A stretch of 64,000 bases of DNA from Candidatus Sericytochromatia bacterium (lineage in GTDB: Bacteria; Cyanobacteriota; Sericytochromatia; S15B-MN24; JAQBPE01): positions 1 through 64,000 of the forward strand of contig JAYKHR010000159.1 of the NCBI GenBank assembly GCA_035285125.1. Reading direction: 5' to 3'. Below the pieces are notes generated by a model. That model was not told where the DNA came from. It worked only from the letters and a program-made list of their open reading frames with translations, and ran no database searches. This document shows, in pieces, positions 27,585 through 37,535 of this stretch (its first letter is position 1; the number at the start of each line of letters is the position of its first letter). Position numbers and translations under genes: made by a program.

Positions 27585-28957
27585 TGACGGTTCCCCTCCG
27601 CTCTCTGCGCACCCTGGTGGCAGCCTGCGTCCTCCTGACGGGCGCGGCAGGCGCTGCCCCGGCGTGGGCGCAGGACGCCACAGACCGAAATGCCTCCGTC
27701 AAGGACCAGCTGATCAACTTCAAGGACATCCCCGCGCTCATCAAGAACCCGACCTTCATCACCCTGAAGTTCGACAACGCCGACGTGCGCGAGGTGCTGC
27801 GCATGATTGCCCAGCGCGGGGGTATGAACCTGATCATCGACGAGAGCGTCAAGGGGCGCTTCACCATCGACGTCCGCGCGGTGCCCCTCGACGAGTTCTT
27901 CGGCATCGTGCTCCGGACCAACGGCCTGGCCGCCCGACGCGTCGGCACCTCCTTGCTGATTGCGAACGAAGAGCAGCTTCGCGCAAAGATCGACAGCGCG
28001 CAGGCCGCCACCTTCAGGCTCAACAACGCCTCGGCAGAGGACGCCCTGCGCGTCATCAACGGCGTCCTCGATGCGAAGAGCGCTGGCAAGGTCAAGCTGA
28101 TCGCCGATAAGCGCACCAACTCCGTCGTCGTCTCGGGCACTGGCGAGGACCTCACGAAGATCCGCAACGCCATCCGGGCCATCGACGTTCCCGCCCCCCA
28201 GGTGGTCATCGAGCTCAAGCTGGTCGAGGTCCAACGTGGGGCGTTGAAGCGGCTCGGCGGAGAGTTCGGCTTCGGTGGCTCGAAGTTCGGGTTCTCGAGC
28301 AACGTCTCGGACATCGCCGTGACGGCAAACGGCCAGCCATCCGCCGGCATCCCCCCCTCGGGCAGCGGCGGCACCACCGTGACGTTTTCCTCCCTCGGGA
28401 ACATCACCTCGAACATGAACGCCCGCATCACGGCGCTCGTGAACCGCGGCGAGGCCCAGATCCTCGCCAACCCTCGCGTCGCAACCCAGGACAACGTTCA
28501 GGCGGAGATCGCCATTGTGAACCGCTTCCCCATCGTCTCGACCACCTTCGTCGGGGCGGCCGGCGGCGCAGCGAACGCAACGCAGCAAGTGCAGTTCCAG
28601 GACATCGGCGAGCGCCTCACGATCACGCCGCGCATCGACACCAACGGCTTCGTGACCATGGACATCCAGCCCAACATTTCGGTGCGGGGCAAGGACGTCA
28701 TCGTCAACGGCAACCCGGTGCCTGAAATCAACGAGCGGCGTCTCCGGACGACCATGCGTGTCGCAGATGGCGAGACGGTCGTGATCGGCGGCCTCATCCG
28801 CCGGAACACCACGTCATCCCAGACGAAGACACCGCTGCTGGGCGATCTGCCCTTCATCGGGTTCCTGTTCAGGCAAGACTCCAACAGCAACGACGAGACC
28901 GAGGTCATCGTGATGGTGACGCCGCACATCAGGAGCGGCGAACGCCTCTCGGACTGA
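27584..28957 (+). CDS. pilQ: Type IV pilus secretin
   Basis: [14 protein letters not shown] (N0), [12 protein letters not shown] (N3), [39 protein letters not shown]. Confidence 0.9.
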   Translation: MTVPLRSLRTLVAACVLLTGAAGAAPAWAQDATDRNASVKDQLINFKDIPALIKNPTFITLKFDNADVREVLRMIAQRGGMNLIIDESVKGRFTIDVRAVPLDEFFGIVLRTNGLAARRVGTSLLIANEEQLRAKIDSAQAATFRLNNASAEDALRVINGVLDAKSAGKVKLIADKRTNSVVVSGTGEDLTKIRNAIRAIDVPAPQVVIELKLVEVQRGALKRLGGEFGFGGSKFGFSSNVSDIAVTANGQPSAGIPPSGSGGTTVTFSSLGNITSNMNARITALVNRGEAQILANPRVATQDNVQAEIAIVNRFPIVSTTFVGAAGGAANATQQVQFQDIGERLTITPRIDTNGFVTMDIQPNISVRGKDVIVNGNPVPEINERRLRTTMRVADGETVVIGGLIRRNTTSSQTKTPLLGDLPFIGFLFRQDSNSNDETEVIVMVTPHIRSGERLSD

Positions 28958-29045
28958 AGGCAGCGGCCCCGGGGCCCAGTTCCTGTATAATCTGGTCGGC
29001 CGTTCGCGCCTCGCGGACGGCCGACTTTCGATCGGAGGGGTGAGA

Positions 29046-30557
29046 ATGACGCAAGTGGCTACGGACCTGATGGAGAAGATCGTCTCGCTCGCGAAGCGCC
29101 GGGGCATCATCTTTCCGAGCAGCGAGATCTACGGCGGGCTCGGCAGCACCTGGGACTACGGCCCCCTCGGCGTCCTCTTGAAGAACAACGTGAAGCGGGC
29201 TTGGTGGCGTGCCGTGGTGCAGCAACGCACCGACATGGTCGGCATGGACGCCGCGATCCTCATGCACCCCCAGGCCTGGGTGGCCTCCGGCCACGTCGAG
29301 ACCTTCCACGACCCACTGGTCGACGATAAGCAGACCAAGCAACGCTTCCGGGCTGACCACCTGATCGGGCAGATGATCGAGGAGTTCAAGGCCTCCGGCG
29401 CCTCCACCCTGGTCAAGAAGGGCCACGAGGCTTTCCTGCCCGAGTTTGCGGCGTGGGTCGAGGCCAACTCCGTCGAGGCCCTCCTCAAGGACAAGCCCCG
29501 CTGTCAGGAGGTCTTCGCCCACATGGTCAGCCCGGCGGGCGGCGAACTCACGGAGCCACGTAACTTCAACTTGATGTTCAAGACCTTCCTCGGCCCCGTC
29601 GAGGACTCAGCAGCCGTGGTGTACCTGCGCCCCGAAACGGCCCAGGGCATCTTTGTGAACTTCCGCAACGTCCAGGGCGCCAGCCGCAAGAAGCCTCCCT
29701 TCGGCATCGCCCAGATTGGCAAGTCCTTCCGCAATGAGATCACCCCCGGTAACTTCACGTTCCGGACGCGCGAGTTCGAGCAGATGGAGATCGAGTTCTT
29801 CGCCCCGCCAGACGAGGCTGCGCAGTGGCACCAGCATTGGATCCACGCGCGCTACCAGTGGTACCTCGACCTCGGCATGAAGCCCGCGAACATCCGACGC
29901 CGCGCGCACGGCAGCGATGAACTCGCGCACTACGCCGCGGGCTGCGAGGACTTCGAGTACCGCTTCCCGTTCGGCTGGTCAGAGTTGGAGGGTGTCGCGA
30001 ACCGCACCGACTTCGACCTGAAGCAGCACCAGTCGCTCTCCGGCAAGGACCTGACCTACTTCGACGAGGAGAGCAAGACCGCCTACATCCCCCACGTGAT
30101 CGAGCCGTCGGCCGGCGCCGATCGGGCGACGCTGGCCTTCCTGGTCGACTCCTACGACGAGGAAACGGACGCCAAGGGGGAGACGCGCGTGGTGCTCCGG
30201 CTGCATCCGATGCTGGCCCCCTTCCAGGTCGCGGTGCTGCCGCTTTCGAAGAAGCCGGAGTTGACGGGGCCCGCCCGCAAGCTGGCCGCGCACCTGGCCC
30301 AGTTCTGGTCCGTCGACTACGACGAGACCCAGTCGATCGGCAAGCGATACAGGCGTCAGGATGAGGTCGGCACGCCCTACTGCCTCACGCTGGACTTCGA
30401 CTCGTTGAACGACCACAGCGTGACCATCCGCGAGCGAGACTCAATGGACCAGGTGCGGCTTCCCCTGGCTGACGTCCTGCCGTGGCTGCAGGGACGGCTG
30501 CGCTGGCCGGGCGAGACGGCCGAGTTGCCCGCCATCTTCGAGGCCCCTCAGGCCTAG
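29046..30557 (+). CDS. glyQS: Glycine--tRNA ligase, homodimeric (alpha2) type
   Basis: [72 protein letters not shown] at 28986-28991. Confidence 0.95.
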   Translation: MTQVATDLMEKIVSLAKRRGIIFPSSEIYGGLGSTWDYGPLGVLLKNNVKRAWWRAVVQQRTDMVGMDAAILMHPQAWVASGHVETFHDPLVDDKQTKQRFRADHLIGQMIEEFKASGASTLVKKGHEAFLPEFAAWVEANSVEALLKDKPRCQEVFAHMVSPAGGELTEPRNFNLMFKTFLGPVEDSAAVVYLRPETAQGIFVNFRNVQGASRKKPPFGIAQIGKSFRNEITPGNFTFRTREFEQMEIEFFAPPDEAAQWHQHWIHARYQWYLDLGMKPANIRRRAHGSDELAHYAAGCEDFEYRFPFGWSELEGVANRTDFDLKQHQSLSGKDLTYFDEESKTAYIPHVIEPSAGADRATLAFLVDSYDEETDAKGETRVVLRLHPMLAPFQVAVLPLSKKPELTGPARKLAAHLAQFWSVDYDETQSIGKRYRRQDEVGTPYCLTLDFDSLNDHSVTIRERDSMDQVRLPLADVLPWLQGRLRWPGETAELPAIFEAPQA

Positions 30558-30567
30558 CCTGAGGGGG

Positions 30568-32007
30568 TCACCTCTTCGGGCCGGACGTGAGCCCGTGGAC
30601 CCTGTTGCCGAGGCCGTTGAGGTACTGGTGGTAGCGCGCTGTGCTCTCCAGCCCGGCGGTCTCGCGGAACCGGCGCATCTGGGAGAAGAATTCCCAGCGT
30701 GACAGCACCATCCGCTGCCCGTACTGCTCGACCGTGAGGGGCAACCCCACGAGAAGGGGGTGCATCCAGACGGCCCAGCAAACGGCGGCGCAGAGCAACC
30801 CCGCGAAGGCCAGCCGCGCGTGCGTCAGGCGCCCCAGCGCCCAGGCGATGGCGATGGCCGCAAAGGGGAGGGCCTCGCCGAAGTAGGTGCTGAAGGTGGT
30901 GGCCCTGCCCGTCAGCGACCAGGCCATCCACATCAGCATCCCCAAGACGCCGACGAAGGCAGGTACGGCCTCGCGGTGCCGCCACGCCCTGCGCAGCGCG
31001 ATCGCCCAGGCGGGCACGGCCGCCAGCCAGAGCGTGGGGTTGCCCAGCGCCAGGATGCCCTCTACACGTCCCTCGGCGGGCATGGGAACAAATTGGTACC
31101 AGAGCGGGACCTGCAACAACGGCCAGGACCACCAGGGAGAGTGGTAGGGATGGCCCCCCACCTCGTACTGGTGAAAGGTGACCATGCGGGCGTGCAGGTC
31201 CGCGAGCAGGCCCCAGGCTTCTCCCCAGGAGGCAGGTTGCAGCAGGGAGGCGCCCGGCGGCCAGACCATCGGCAGGCAGATCGCCACGTACACCGCCGCT
31301 GGCACAACGGCAAAGCCTGCCGCGGCAGCTATCGCCCAGCGGTCCCAGGCGTGGGCGCTGGCCCTCCCCGACCAGGGTCGCCTGAGCAACAGGCAGACCA
31401 GGCCCAGGGCGCCCAGGGCCACGGCCCCGGTCCAGCGCGTGCCGAGCGAAGCGCCCAGCGCCACGCCCATGGGCAGGAGCCACAGGGGCTGGTCCCGCCG
31501 GCAAGCCAGCCACGCCAGCCCTGAGGCCGCCACGATGAAGCACGTCGAAAAGGCGTTGGTCATCCCCAGCCGGGCGTGCACAAAGAAAACGCCGTCCAGT
31601 GCCAGCAGCAGCGCCGCCACCAGGCTCCCCAGCACGCCGAGCCCGAGCGCACGCGCAAGCAGCAGCGTGCCGCCGAGGGCAAGGGAAGCCGCCACGACGC
31701 TCGGCATCCGCCAGGCCCAGGCGTGGGCGGCAGTCCAGCCGTGGGACGGCAGGTCGAAGGCTCCGGGGCCCAGGGCCAAGCCCAGCGCGATGAGCCACCG
31801 GCAGCCCGGGGGATGGGCGAGGTCCGATGGTGGCAACCCCTGCAGCATCTCGTCGGCGGCCGCAACGTGCAACACCTCGTCGAACACGGGGGCAACGTGC
31901 AGCGCCAGCCCGTGGCTGGCCCAGAGGGCAAATGCCACGGTCACAGCGAGTGCGAGAAGCCCATCACGCCATGTAAGGCGCTCCGTGGGCCAGCGCCAGG
32001 GGCTCAC
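30568..32007 (-). CDS. Protein O-mannosyltransferase-like (GT39/Pmt) glycosyltransferase, copy 2
   Basis: VFDEVLH, HPP, WAWRMPS, HPYHSPWWSWP, GNPTLW. Start GTG 32007 after GGGAG; the ORF-track extension overlaps spoVS. Confidence 0.8.
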   Translation of the reverse strand: MSPWRWPTERLTWRDGLLALAVTVAFALWASHGLALHVAPVFDEVLHVAAADEMLQGLPPSDLAHPPGCRWLIALGLALGPGAFDLPSHGWTAAHAWAWRMPSVVAASLALGGTLLLARALGLGVLGSLVAALLLALDGVFFVHARLGMTNAFSTCFIVAASGLAWLACRRDQPLWLLPMGVALGASLGTRWTGAVALGALGLVCLLLRRPWSGRASAHAWDRWAIAAAAGFAVVPAAVYVAICLPMVWPPGASLLQPASWGEAWGLLADLHARMVTFHQYEVGGHPYHSPWWSWPLLQVPLWYQFVPMPAEGRVEGILALGNPTLWLAAVPAWAIALRRAWRHREAVPAFVGVLGMLMWMAWSLTGRATTFSTYFGEALPFAAIAIAWALGRLTHARLAFAGLLCAAVCWAVWMHPLLVGLPLTVEQYGQRMVLSRWEFFSQMRRFRETAGLESTARYHQYLNGLGNRVHGLTSGPKR

Positions 32008-32053
32008 GCCGCTCCCCCCGTCGGGGTCGCTTCCACGAGCCGCCCCGCCCAAC

Positions 32054-32314
32054 TCAGCGCGGCTCGACGATGAGCTTGATTGCGGTACGCTCCTCGCCGT
32101 CGATGAGGAGGTCGATAAAGGCCGGCACACAGACCAGGTCCAGGCCGCTGGGCGCCACGTAGCCACGGGCAATCGCCACGGCCTTGACCGCCTGGTTGAT
32201 GGCCCCCGCTCCGATGGCCTGCATTTCCGCCGTGCCGTGCTCTCGGAGCACCCCAGCCAGGGCCCCGGCGACGGAACTCGGGTTGGATTTGGCAGATACC
32301 TTCAGCACGTCCAT
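32054..32314 (-). CDS. spoVS: SpoVS-family (Alba-like) protein
   Basis: MDVLKVSAKSNPSSVAGALAG...QAIGAGAINQAVKAVAIARG..APSG...PAF...IDGEERTAIKLIVEPR, 86 aa. Confidence 0.95.
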   Translation of the reverse strand: MDVLKVSAKSNPSSVAGALAGVLREHGTAEMQAIGAGAINQAVKAVAIARGYVAPSGLDLVCVPAFIDLLIDGEERTAIKLIVEPR

Positions 32315-32453
32315 GGTTGGCGCTCCAGGTCGGGGTGCGATGCGGGGCATGTTGCTGGGCTGGTCGAGACCGAGGCGCGGTGCAGGATTGCTGACCGTCA
32401 AGCGGGCACGGGGAGCCATTTATCGGCGTTTCTGAAGCCATGATAACCTACCG

Positions 32454-33245
32454 TCATCGGTAGTTCAAGCGCTCGATGGCGAGCGTCTTTCCGCTCCTGG
32501 TGTCGATCCGCAGGCGAACAGCGTTGAACTGGGTGGGGCCAGCGGCCACCTCCATCCGCGTCGGCAACGCCGTGATCATCTTTCGAATGGCCAGGTCCGC
32601 GCGCATGCCGATGACGGCGTCCCGGGGCCCCGTCATCCCGACGTCGCTGAGGAAGCCCGTGCCACCAGGCAGGATGGTCTCATCCGCCGTCTGCACGTGG
32701 GTGTGGGTGCCCAGGCAGGCCGAGACGCGACCATCCAAGTGCCGGGCCAGGGCGGCCTTTTCCGACGTGGCCTCCGCGTGCACGTCCACCAGGATCACCC
32801 GCGCCCGCCCCGCCACCTGCTCGAGGACACCGTCGAGGGCACGAAAGGGGCAATCGACGGGGGGCATGAACACCCGCCCCATCACGTTGATCACGGCCAC
32901 GGGCACGTCGGCCACCTCCACCAGCGTCCAGCCCCGCCCAGGCGCCCCCGGCGCGTAGTTGACAGGACGCACCAGGCGCGGCTCATCCTGAATGAAGCCG
33001 AAGATTTCGTTCTTGTCCCAGGTGTGGTTGCCCATCGTCACCACATCGACGCCCTGATCCCGGAGGTCCTGAAAGACCGGCTCCGTGAGCCCGAACCCAC
33101 CCGCAGCGTTCTCGCCATTGGCGACCACCAGGTCCGGCATGGCCTGCCGCTTCAAGCTGCCCATGTACGTGGCCAGCGCGTCGCGCCCGGGACGCCCGAC
33201 GATGTCGCCGACAACCATCACGTCCAACGCGGTGGGCGCGCTCAC
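32454..33245 (-). CDS. ymdB: YmdB-family (TIGR00282) metallophosphoesterase
   Basis: [43 protein letters not shown]. Confidence 0.93.
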   Translation of the reverse strand: MSAPTALDVMVVGDIVGRPGRDALATYMGSLKRQAMPDLVVANGENAAGGFGLTEPVFQDLRDQGVDVVTMGNHTWDKNEIFGFIQDEPRLVRPVNYAPGAPGRGWTLVEVADVPVAVINVMGRVFMPPVDCPFRALDGVLEQVAGRARVILVDVHAEATSEKAALARHLDGRVSACLGTHTHVQTADETILPGGTGFLSDVGMTGPRDAVIGMRADLAIRKMITALPTRMEVAAGPTQFNAVRLRIDTRSGKTLAIERLNYR

Positions 33246-34843
33246 TTGGCAATCTCTGTCACGCGCGTCTCGCGGACCACCGTGACCTTGATCTGCCCGG
33301 GGTACTCGAGCTCCGTCTCGATGCGCCTGGCGATGTCCCGCGCCAGCACGGCGGACTGCACGTCATCGACGACATGCGGCTGGACCACGATGCGGATCTC
33401 CCGACCCGCCTGCACCGCATAGGAGCGGTCGACACCCGGAAAGGACCGGGCGATGGCCTCGAGCTTTTCCAGACGCTTGATGTAGATGTCGATGGTGTCC
33501 CGCCGGGCCCCGGGGCGAGCGGCAGAGATGGCATCCGCCACCTGCACCAGCACGGCCTCCACCGTCTCCTGCGGCACGTCCAGGTGGTGGGCCGCGATGG
33601 CGTTGACCACCTTCGGGTTCTCCCCGAACCGACGGCAGAGATCGCCACCCACGAGCGCATGCGGGCCCTCGACCTCGTGGGACAACGCCTTGCCGATGTC
33701 GTGCAGGAGACCTGCCCGGCGGGCCAGGTGGATGTCGGCCCCCAGTTCCGCCGCCATCGACGCAGCGATGTGCGCCACCTCGATCGAGTGGCGTAGCACG
33801 TTCTGCCCGTACGACGTGCGGAAGCGCAGGCGGCCCAGAACCCGGATCACCTCCGGGTGAAGGCCCTGGATCTGGGCCTCGATGGCGGCGCTTTCCCCGT
33901 CTTCCCGGATGCGCAACTCCACCTCTTCCCGCGCCTTCTCGACCACCTCGTCGATGCGGGTGGGGTGGATGCGGCCATCGGCGATGAGACGCTCCAGCGT
34001 GATGCGCGCGACTTCGCGCCGGACGGGATCAAAGCTGGACAGAATCACGGCCTCGGGCGTGTCGTCGATGATCAGGTCGATGCCCGTGGCGGCCTCGAGG
34101 GCCCGGATGTTCCGGCCCTCGCGCCCGATGATCCGGCCCTTCATCTCGTCGCTGGGCAGGGACACGACCGTCACGGTGGCGTCGACGGTATGGTCGACGG
34201 CGCAGCGTTGAATGGACGTGGTGATGATCTCGCGCGCCTTCTTGTCCGCAAGCTCGCGGGCCTGCGCCTCTGCCTCGCGGATCCGCACGCCGAGCTCGTG
34301 GCGAAGCTCATCCTCCAGCTTGCTGTGAAGCTGCTGCCGAGCCTGCTCCCGCGTCAGCCCCGCCAGCCGTTCCATCTCGGCGAGGGACCGGGCCTTGGCG
34401 TCCTCCACCTCCTGCTGTTTGAGCCGCAGGTCTTCCTGAAAGGAGCGCTCCCGGGCGAACTGCTCGTCCTCCCGCTGGCGCAGCAGCTCCTCCCGACGCT
34501 CGAGGTGTTCATGTTTGCGGTCGAGCCCCTGCTCCTTGCCCTCCAGGCGCTGTTCGGTGCGTTTGACCTCAGCTCGCTCTTCCCGAAGGTCCGCCTCCCG
34601 GCTCGCCATCACGGCCTCCACCTCCGCCAGCGCGCGCTGCTTGGCGAGCTCTGCCTCGAGGCCCGCCTCTGAGCGGACACGCTCCGACTCCGCCCTGGCA
34701 GCGGCTTCGGCCGCGCCGGCGGCGTACTGGAGTTGCTTGGCCTGGTTGTACTTACGGTTGGCGAGGAGCAGGCTGACGACGCCCAGCAAAAAGGCTGCGA
34801 TGGCGATCAGCTGGTATCCGATCAGGGCGGCATTGGGGTTCAT
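33242..34843 (-). CDS. rny: Ribonuclease Y
   Basis: N-terminal TM helix, coiled coil, KH domain ([15 protein letters not shown]), HD domain (RTSYGQN, LLHDIGK), [12 protein letters not shown]. Confidence 0.96.
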   Translation of the reverse strand: MNPNAALIGYQLIAIAAFLLGVVSLLLANRKYNQAKQLQYAAGAAEAAARAESERVRSEAGLEAELAKQRALAEVEAVMASREADLREERAEVKRTEQRLEGKEQGLDRKHEHLERREELLRQREDEQFARERSFQEDLRLKQQEVEDAKARSLAEMERLAGLTREQARQQLHSKLEDELRHELGVRIREAEAQARELADKKAREIITTSIQRCAVDHTVDATVTVVSLPSDEMKGRIIGREGRNIRALEAATGIDLIIDDTPEAVILSSFDPVRREVARITLERLIADGRIHPTRIDEVVEKAREEVELRIREDGESAAIEAQIQGLHPEVIRVLGRLRFRTSYGQNVLRHSIEVAHIAASMAAELGADIHLARRAGLLHDIGKALSHEVEGPHALVGGDLCRRFGENPKVVNAIAAHHLDVPQETVEAVLVQVADAISAARPGARRDTIDIYIKRLEKLEAIARSFPGVDRSYAVQAGREIRIVVQPHVVDDVQSAVLARDIARRIETELEYPGQIKVTVVRETRVTEIAK

Positions 34844-34987
34844 GCACGAATCCCGTCTAGCCGCGTCCGATGGGACGCCTACCAGATGTCTCGGGCCGAC
34901 GTTGGCCCGGTGAACGATATGGGAAGCGTCCGATGGCGGGCGCGTGCGACACAAGGTGGGGGGATGCGGCCGAAAAGCCCGGCCTCG

Positions 34988-35021
34988 ACTTTTATTCCCG
35001 CCACCAGCGCGGACCTAAACC
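34988..35021 (-). promoter_or_regulatory. Alternative-sigma (SigB/SigF-like) promoter upstream of rny-ymdB-spoVS
   Basis: Minus strand GGTTTAGG-N13-CGGGAATAAAAGT, i.e. GTTT-N17-GGGAAT. Confidence 0.6.
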
Positions 35022-35056
35022 GGGAGGGCGAGCTTAGCTTCGCGGGAGGGGGTCCG

Positions 35057-37423
35057 TCAGTTGGAAAAGTCAATCTTGCGGAGCCGGCGGTTGCCGGCGT
35101 CCACCACGAACAGGTCCCCCGAGGCATCCAGTGCCAGGCTCTGAGGCTGGTTGAACTGGGCGGACACCCCATCTTGGAACCCGGCGTTGGAGCCACACAA
35201 GGTGGTGACGGTACGGGGCGTGGCATTGAGGTCGAACAGCCTGATGCGGTGGGCCTGGCTGTCCGCGAGGTACAGCCGGCTTCCGTCGAGGGCAAGCCCT
35301 GCCGGGCTCTCGAACGTGGCCGAGATGTTCGCGTCCAGCCGGTCCGCGTCGCGCGCGACGATGGTGCTCACCACACCGGCCGGGCTGACCTCCCGCACGG
35401 CGCGGTTGCCTGCATCGGCCACGTAAAGCGTGCCGTCCGCCGCCACCACCAGGTCCACGGGCGTGTCGAAGCGTGCCTCCTGCCCCGCGCCGTCCTGACG
35501 GCCCTGTTGCCCCGGCCCCCCCGCAAGCACCGTGACGACACCCGTTGTGGGGTCGATGCGGCGGATGCAGTGGTTCAGGGAGTCGGCCACCAAGATGGCC
35601 CCCCCCGGCCCCACGACTGCCGCTCCGGGAGAGTTGAAGCGGGCCTCGAGGCTGATTCCCGCCTGGAAGCCTCCGCCGAGTGCCCCGCCGTCGCCCCCCC
35701 CCGCGATCGTCTCCACGCGGTTGTCCGCAGAGAAGAAGCGTCGGATCCGGTGGTTCAGGGCATCCGCAATCAGGAAGGTGTCCCCGGATGGCGCGGCGCG
35801 CTCGAAGGCGATGCGCGCGGGCGCGTTGAAGCGAGCGGTCAACCCCACGCCGTCATCCGTGCCGGCGTCAGGGCCACCGGCCACCGACGTGACGGAGGTG
35901 GTCGAGACGCGGCGAAGCTGGTTCGCGGCGCCATCGACGACAAACAGCACGGGCGACGCCCCTCCTGGGGCCAGCGCCACCCCTGTCGGTCCAGCGAACC
36001 GGGCGGCCGCGACGGCCCCGTTGACGACGACGGCCTCAGCCCCACCCACCAGCGTGCTGACCGTGAAGGTCCGCGGCGTAGGCGAGGGTGAGGGCGGTGG
36101 GGCGCTGCCGCCGCCGCCGGCGCCACCCGGGAGCACAACGGCGATCGCCAGCGGCGGGCTGGTCAGCTCCCCGCTGCGCGCGACCAGGTTGCCCGTGCCG
36201 ACCAGGTTGGCAGTGACGGTGCCGGCCTCCGCATCGACGGTGAGGGCACCGCCGTCGCTGACCTCCCACCGAACGGGGGCAGTGGCCAGCGCCATGCCGT
36301 TCGCATCCAGGGCTGAAGCCGTGTAAACCTGCGTGCTTCCGACCGTCAGCGTGGTGATGACCGGGGTGATGGTGAGGCTGGTCAGCAGCTTGAACTTGAG
36401 GGAGTTGCTGACGATGGTCCCGGCCCGAACCCGCACGTCCTCGCTGTCGGCGCCGCTCGGAACCTTGACCCGAAGCTCGGTGGGGCTCTGCCGCGTGACC
36501 TCCGTGGCCGTGAGCGTTCCGAACTCCACCGTGAGCCCGGCGTCGGGCAGGCCGGTTCCCGTCAGGGTCACGGTCGTGCCACGCCCCCCAAGCTGGGGCT
36601 CCATGTCGGTCAGCGTCGGGGGCGTCCCACCGAGCAGGACGTCCGCCACGCTGACCGTCCCGGCGGGGCGCACGGTGAGCCCCGGCAGGTTGTAGGCCCC
36701 CACTCCCTCCTTGCTCACGGCCAGGCTGTAAGCGTCACCGGAGGGAACATTGACGATCGCGTACTCGCCGCGGTCGTCCGTGACGCCGCGGTAAGGCGTG
36801 CCGGGAAGCGTCACGACGGCATCCTTGAGGCCAGACCCGCCGGCGCCCTTCACCAGGCCCCGGATCGTCCCGGTGTTGGCGAGTTGCAGCGTCAGGCCTC
36901 GGGCAGCTGCCGGCACGTTGAACTGGAAGGCCTTGACCGTGTCGCTCTCGGCGGCCTCGAGGTTGAGCGGCTTGCCTTCCGGGTCGGCCAGCTTGAAGCG
37001 GCCCTGGGTGTCAGTCTTGACCGAAGGGGGCGCCGGGCTCGCGACCTGGAGCAGTGCCCGGGCGAGCCTGTAGGCGGTAGGGGCTGGTGGCAGCGCCGGG
37101 TACCCGGTGACGACGACGCCTGCGGCAGGCTTCCCGTCCTCCCGCAAGACCACGCCGGTGTGGTCGGACACCGCGACCGTGGCGGTCGCCACCGGGTTGG
37201 CCGTCAGGTAGGTGTTGGCCGATGCGGTGGGCGAGGCCATCGGCTTGAACCGGTCGCCATCCGGCGTCCGCCGTGGACCGGGCGTGCCCCGCGTCGAGTT
37301 TAGCGTTTGCGCCCTGCCCCTGGTTTGCTCGGGCTCCACAACAGCCGGCGGGGACGCCGCGCAACCGAGCGTCACCAGGAAGACCGCGACCAGCGGGGTT
37401 CGGTAGGTCGGAAGACCACACAT
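35057..37423 (-). CDS. Lipoprotein: carboxypeptidase-regulatory-like domains, IPT/TIG, Ig-like and NHL-repeat propeller
   Basis: Lipobox TLGC; TDTQGRF and TDDRGEY transthyretin-like motifs; G..GTTVTLTG (IPT); repeated ARF..P...ADS.NHRIR. Confidence 0.8.
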   Translation of the reverse strand: MCGLPTYRTPLVAVFLVTLGCAASPPAVVEPEQTRGRAQTLNSTRGTPGPRRTPDGDRFKPMASPTASANTYLTANPVATATVAVSDHTGVVLREDGKPAAGVVVTGYPALPPAPTAYRLARALLQVASPAPPSVKTDTQGRFKLADPEGKPLNLEAAESDTVKAFQFNVPAAARGLTLQLANTGTIRGLVKGAGGSGLKDAVVTLPGTPYRGVTDDRGEYAIVNVPSGDAYSLAVSKEGVGAYNLPGLTVRPAGTVSVADVLLGGTPPTLTDMEPQLGGRGTTVTLTGTGLPDAGLTVEFGTLTATEVTRQSPTELRVKVPSGADSEDVRVRAGTIVSNSLKFKLLTSLTITPVITTLTVGSTQVYTASALDANGMALATAPVRWEVSDGGALTVDAEAGTVTANLVGTGNLVARSGELTSPPLAIAVVLPGGAGGGGSAPPPSPSPTPRTFTVSTLVGGAEAVVVNGAVAAARFAGPTGVALAPGGASPVLFVVDGAANQLRRVSTTSVTSVAGGPDAGTDDGVGLTARFNAPARIAFERAAPSGDTFLIADALNHRIRRFFSADNRVETIAGGGDGGALGGGFQAGISLEARFNSPGAAVVGPGGAILVADSLNHCIRRIDPTTGVVTVLAGGPGQQGRQDGAGQEARFDTPVDLVVAADGTLYVADAGNRAVREVSPAGVVSTIVARDADRLDANISATFESPAGLALDGSRLYLADSQAHRIRLFDLNATPRTVTTLCGSNAGFQDGVSAQFNQPQSLALDASGDLFVVDAGNRRLRKIDFSN

Positions 37424-37535
37424 GGACTCAGCCGCAGGACTTGGGGGGAACTGGCAGAGGCTGCCTCTTGTTCATGTTCCCCGGCGCCACGCCCCGGAAA
37501 CGCCCGGCAGCCCCCCACCGCTGCGGTGGAGGCGG

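Noticed and set aside
32420..32446. Sigma28 -10 element GCCGATAA upstream of spoVS (minus strand)
   Set aside because: The -35 match is poor (TTAT), and an overlapping sigma70-like TATCAT explains the region equally well.
34844..35056. Possible 6S RNA or riboswitch upstream of rny (hairpins; 11-bp direct repeat GCGTCCGATGG at 34863 and 34926)
   Set aside because: I could not build a 6S-like long rod with a central bubble or match a known aptamer by eye, and part of the region is better explained as a promoter. An Infernal/Rfam scan would decide.
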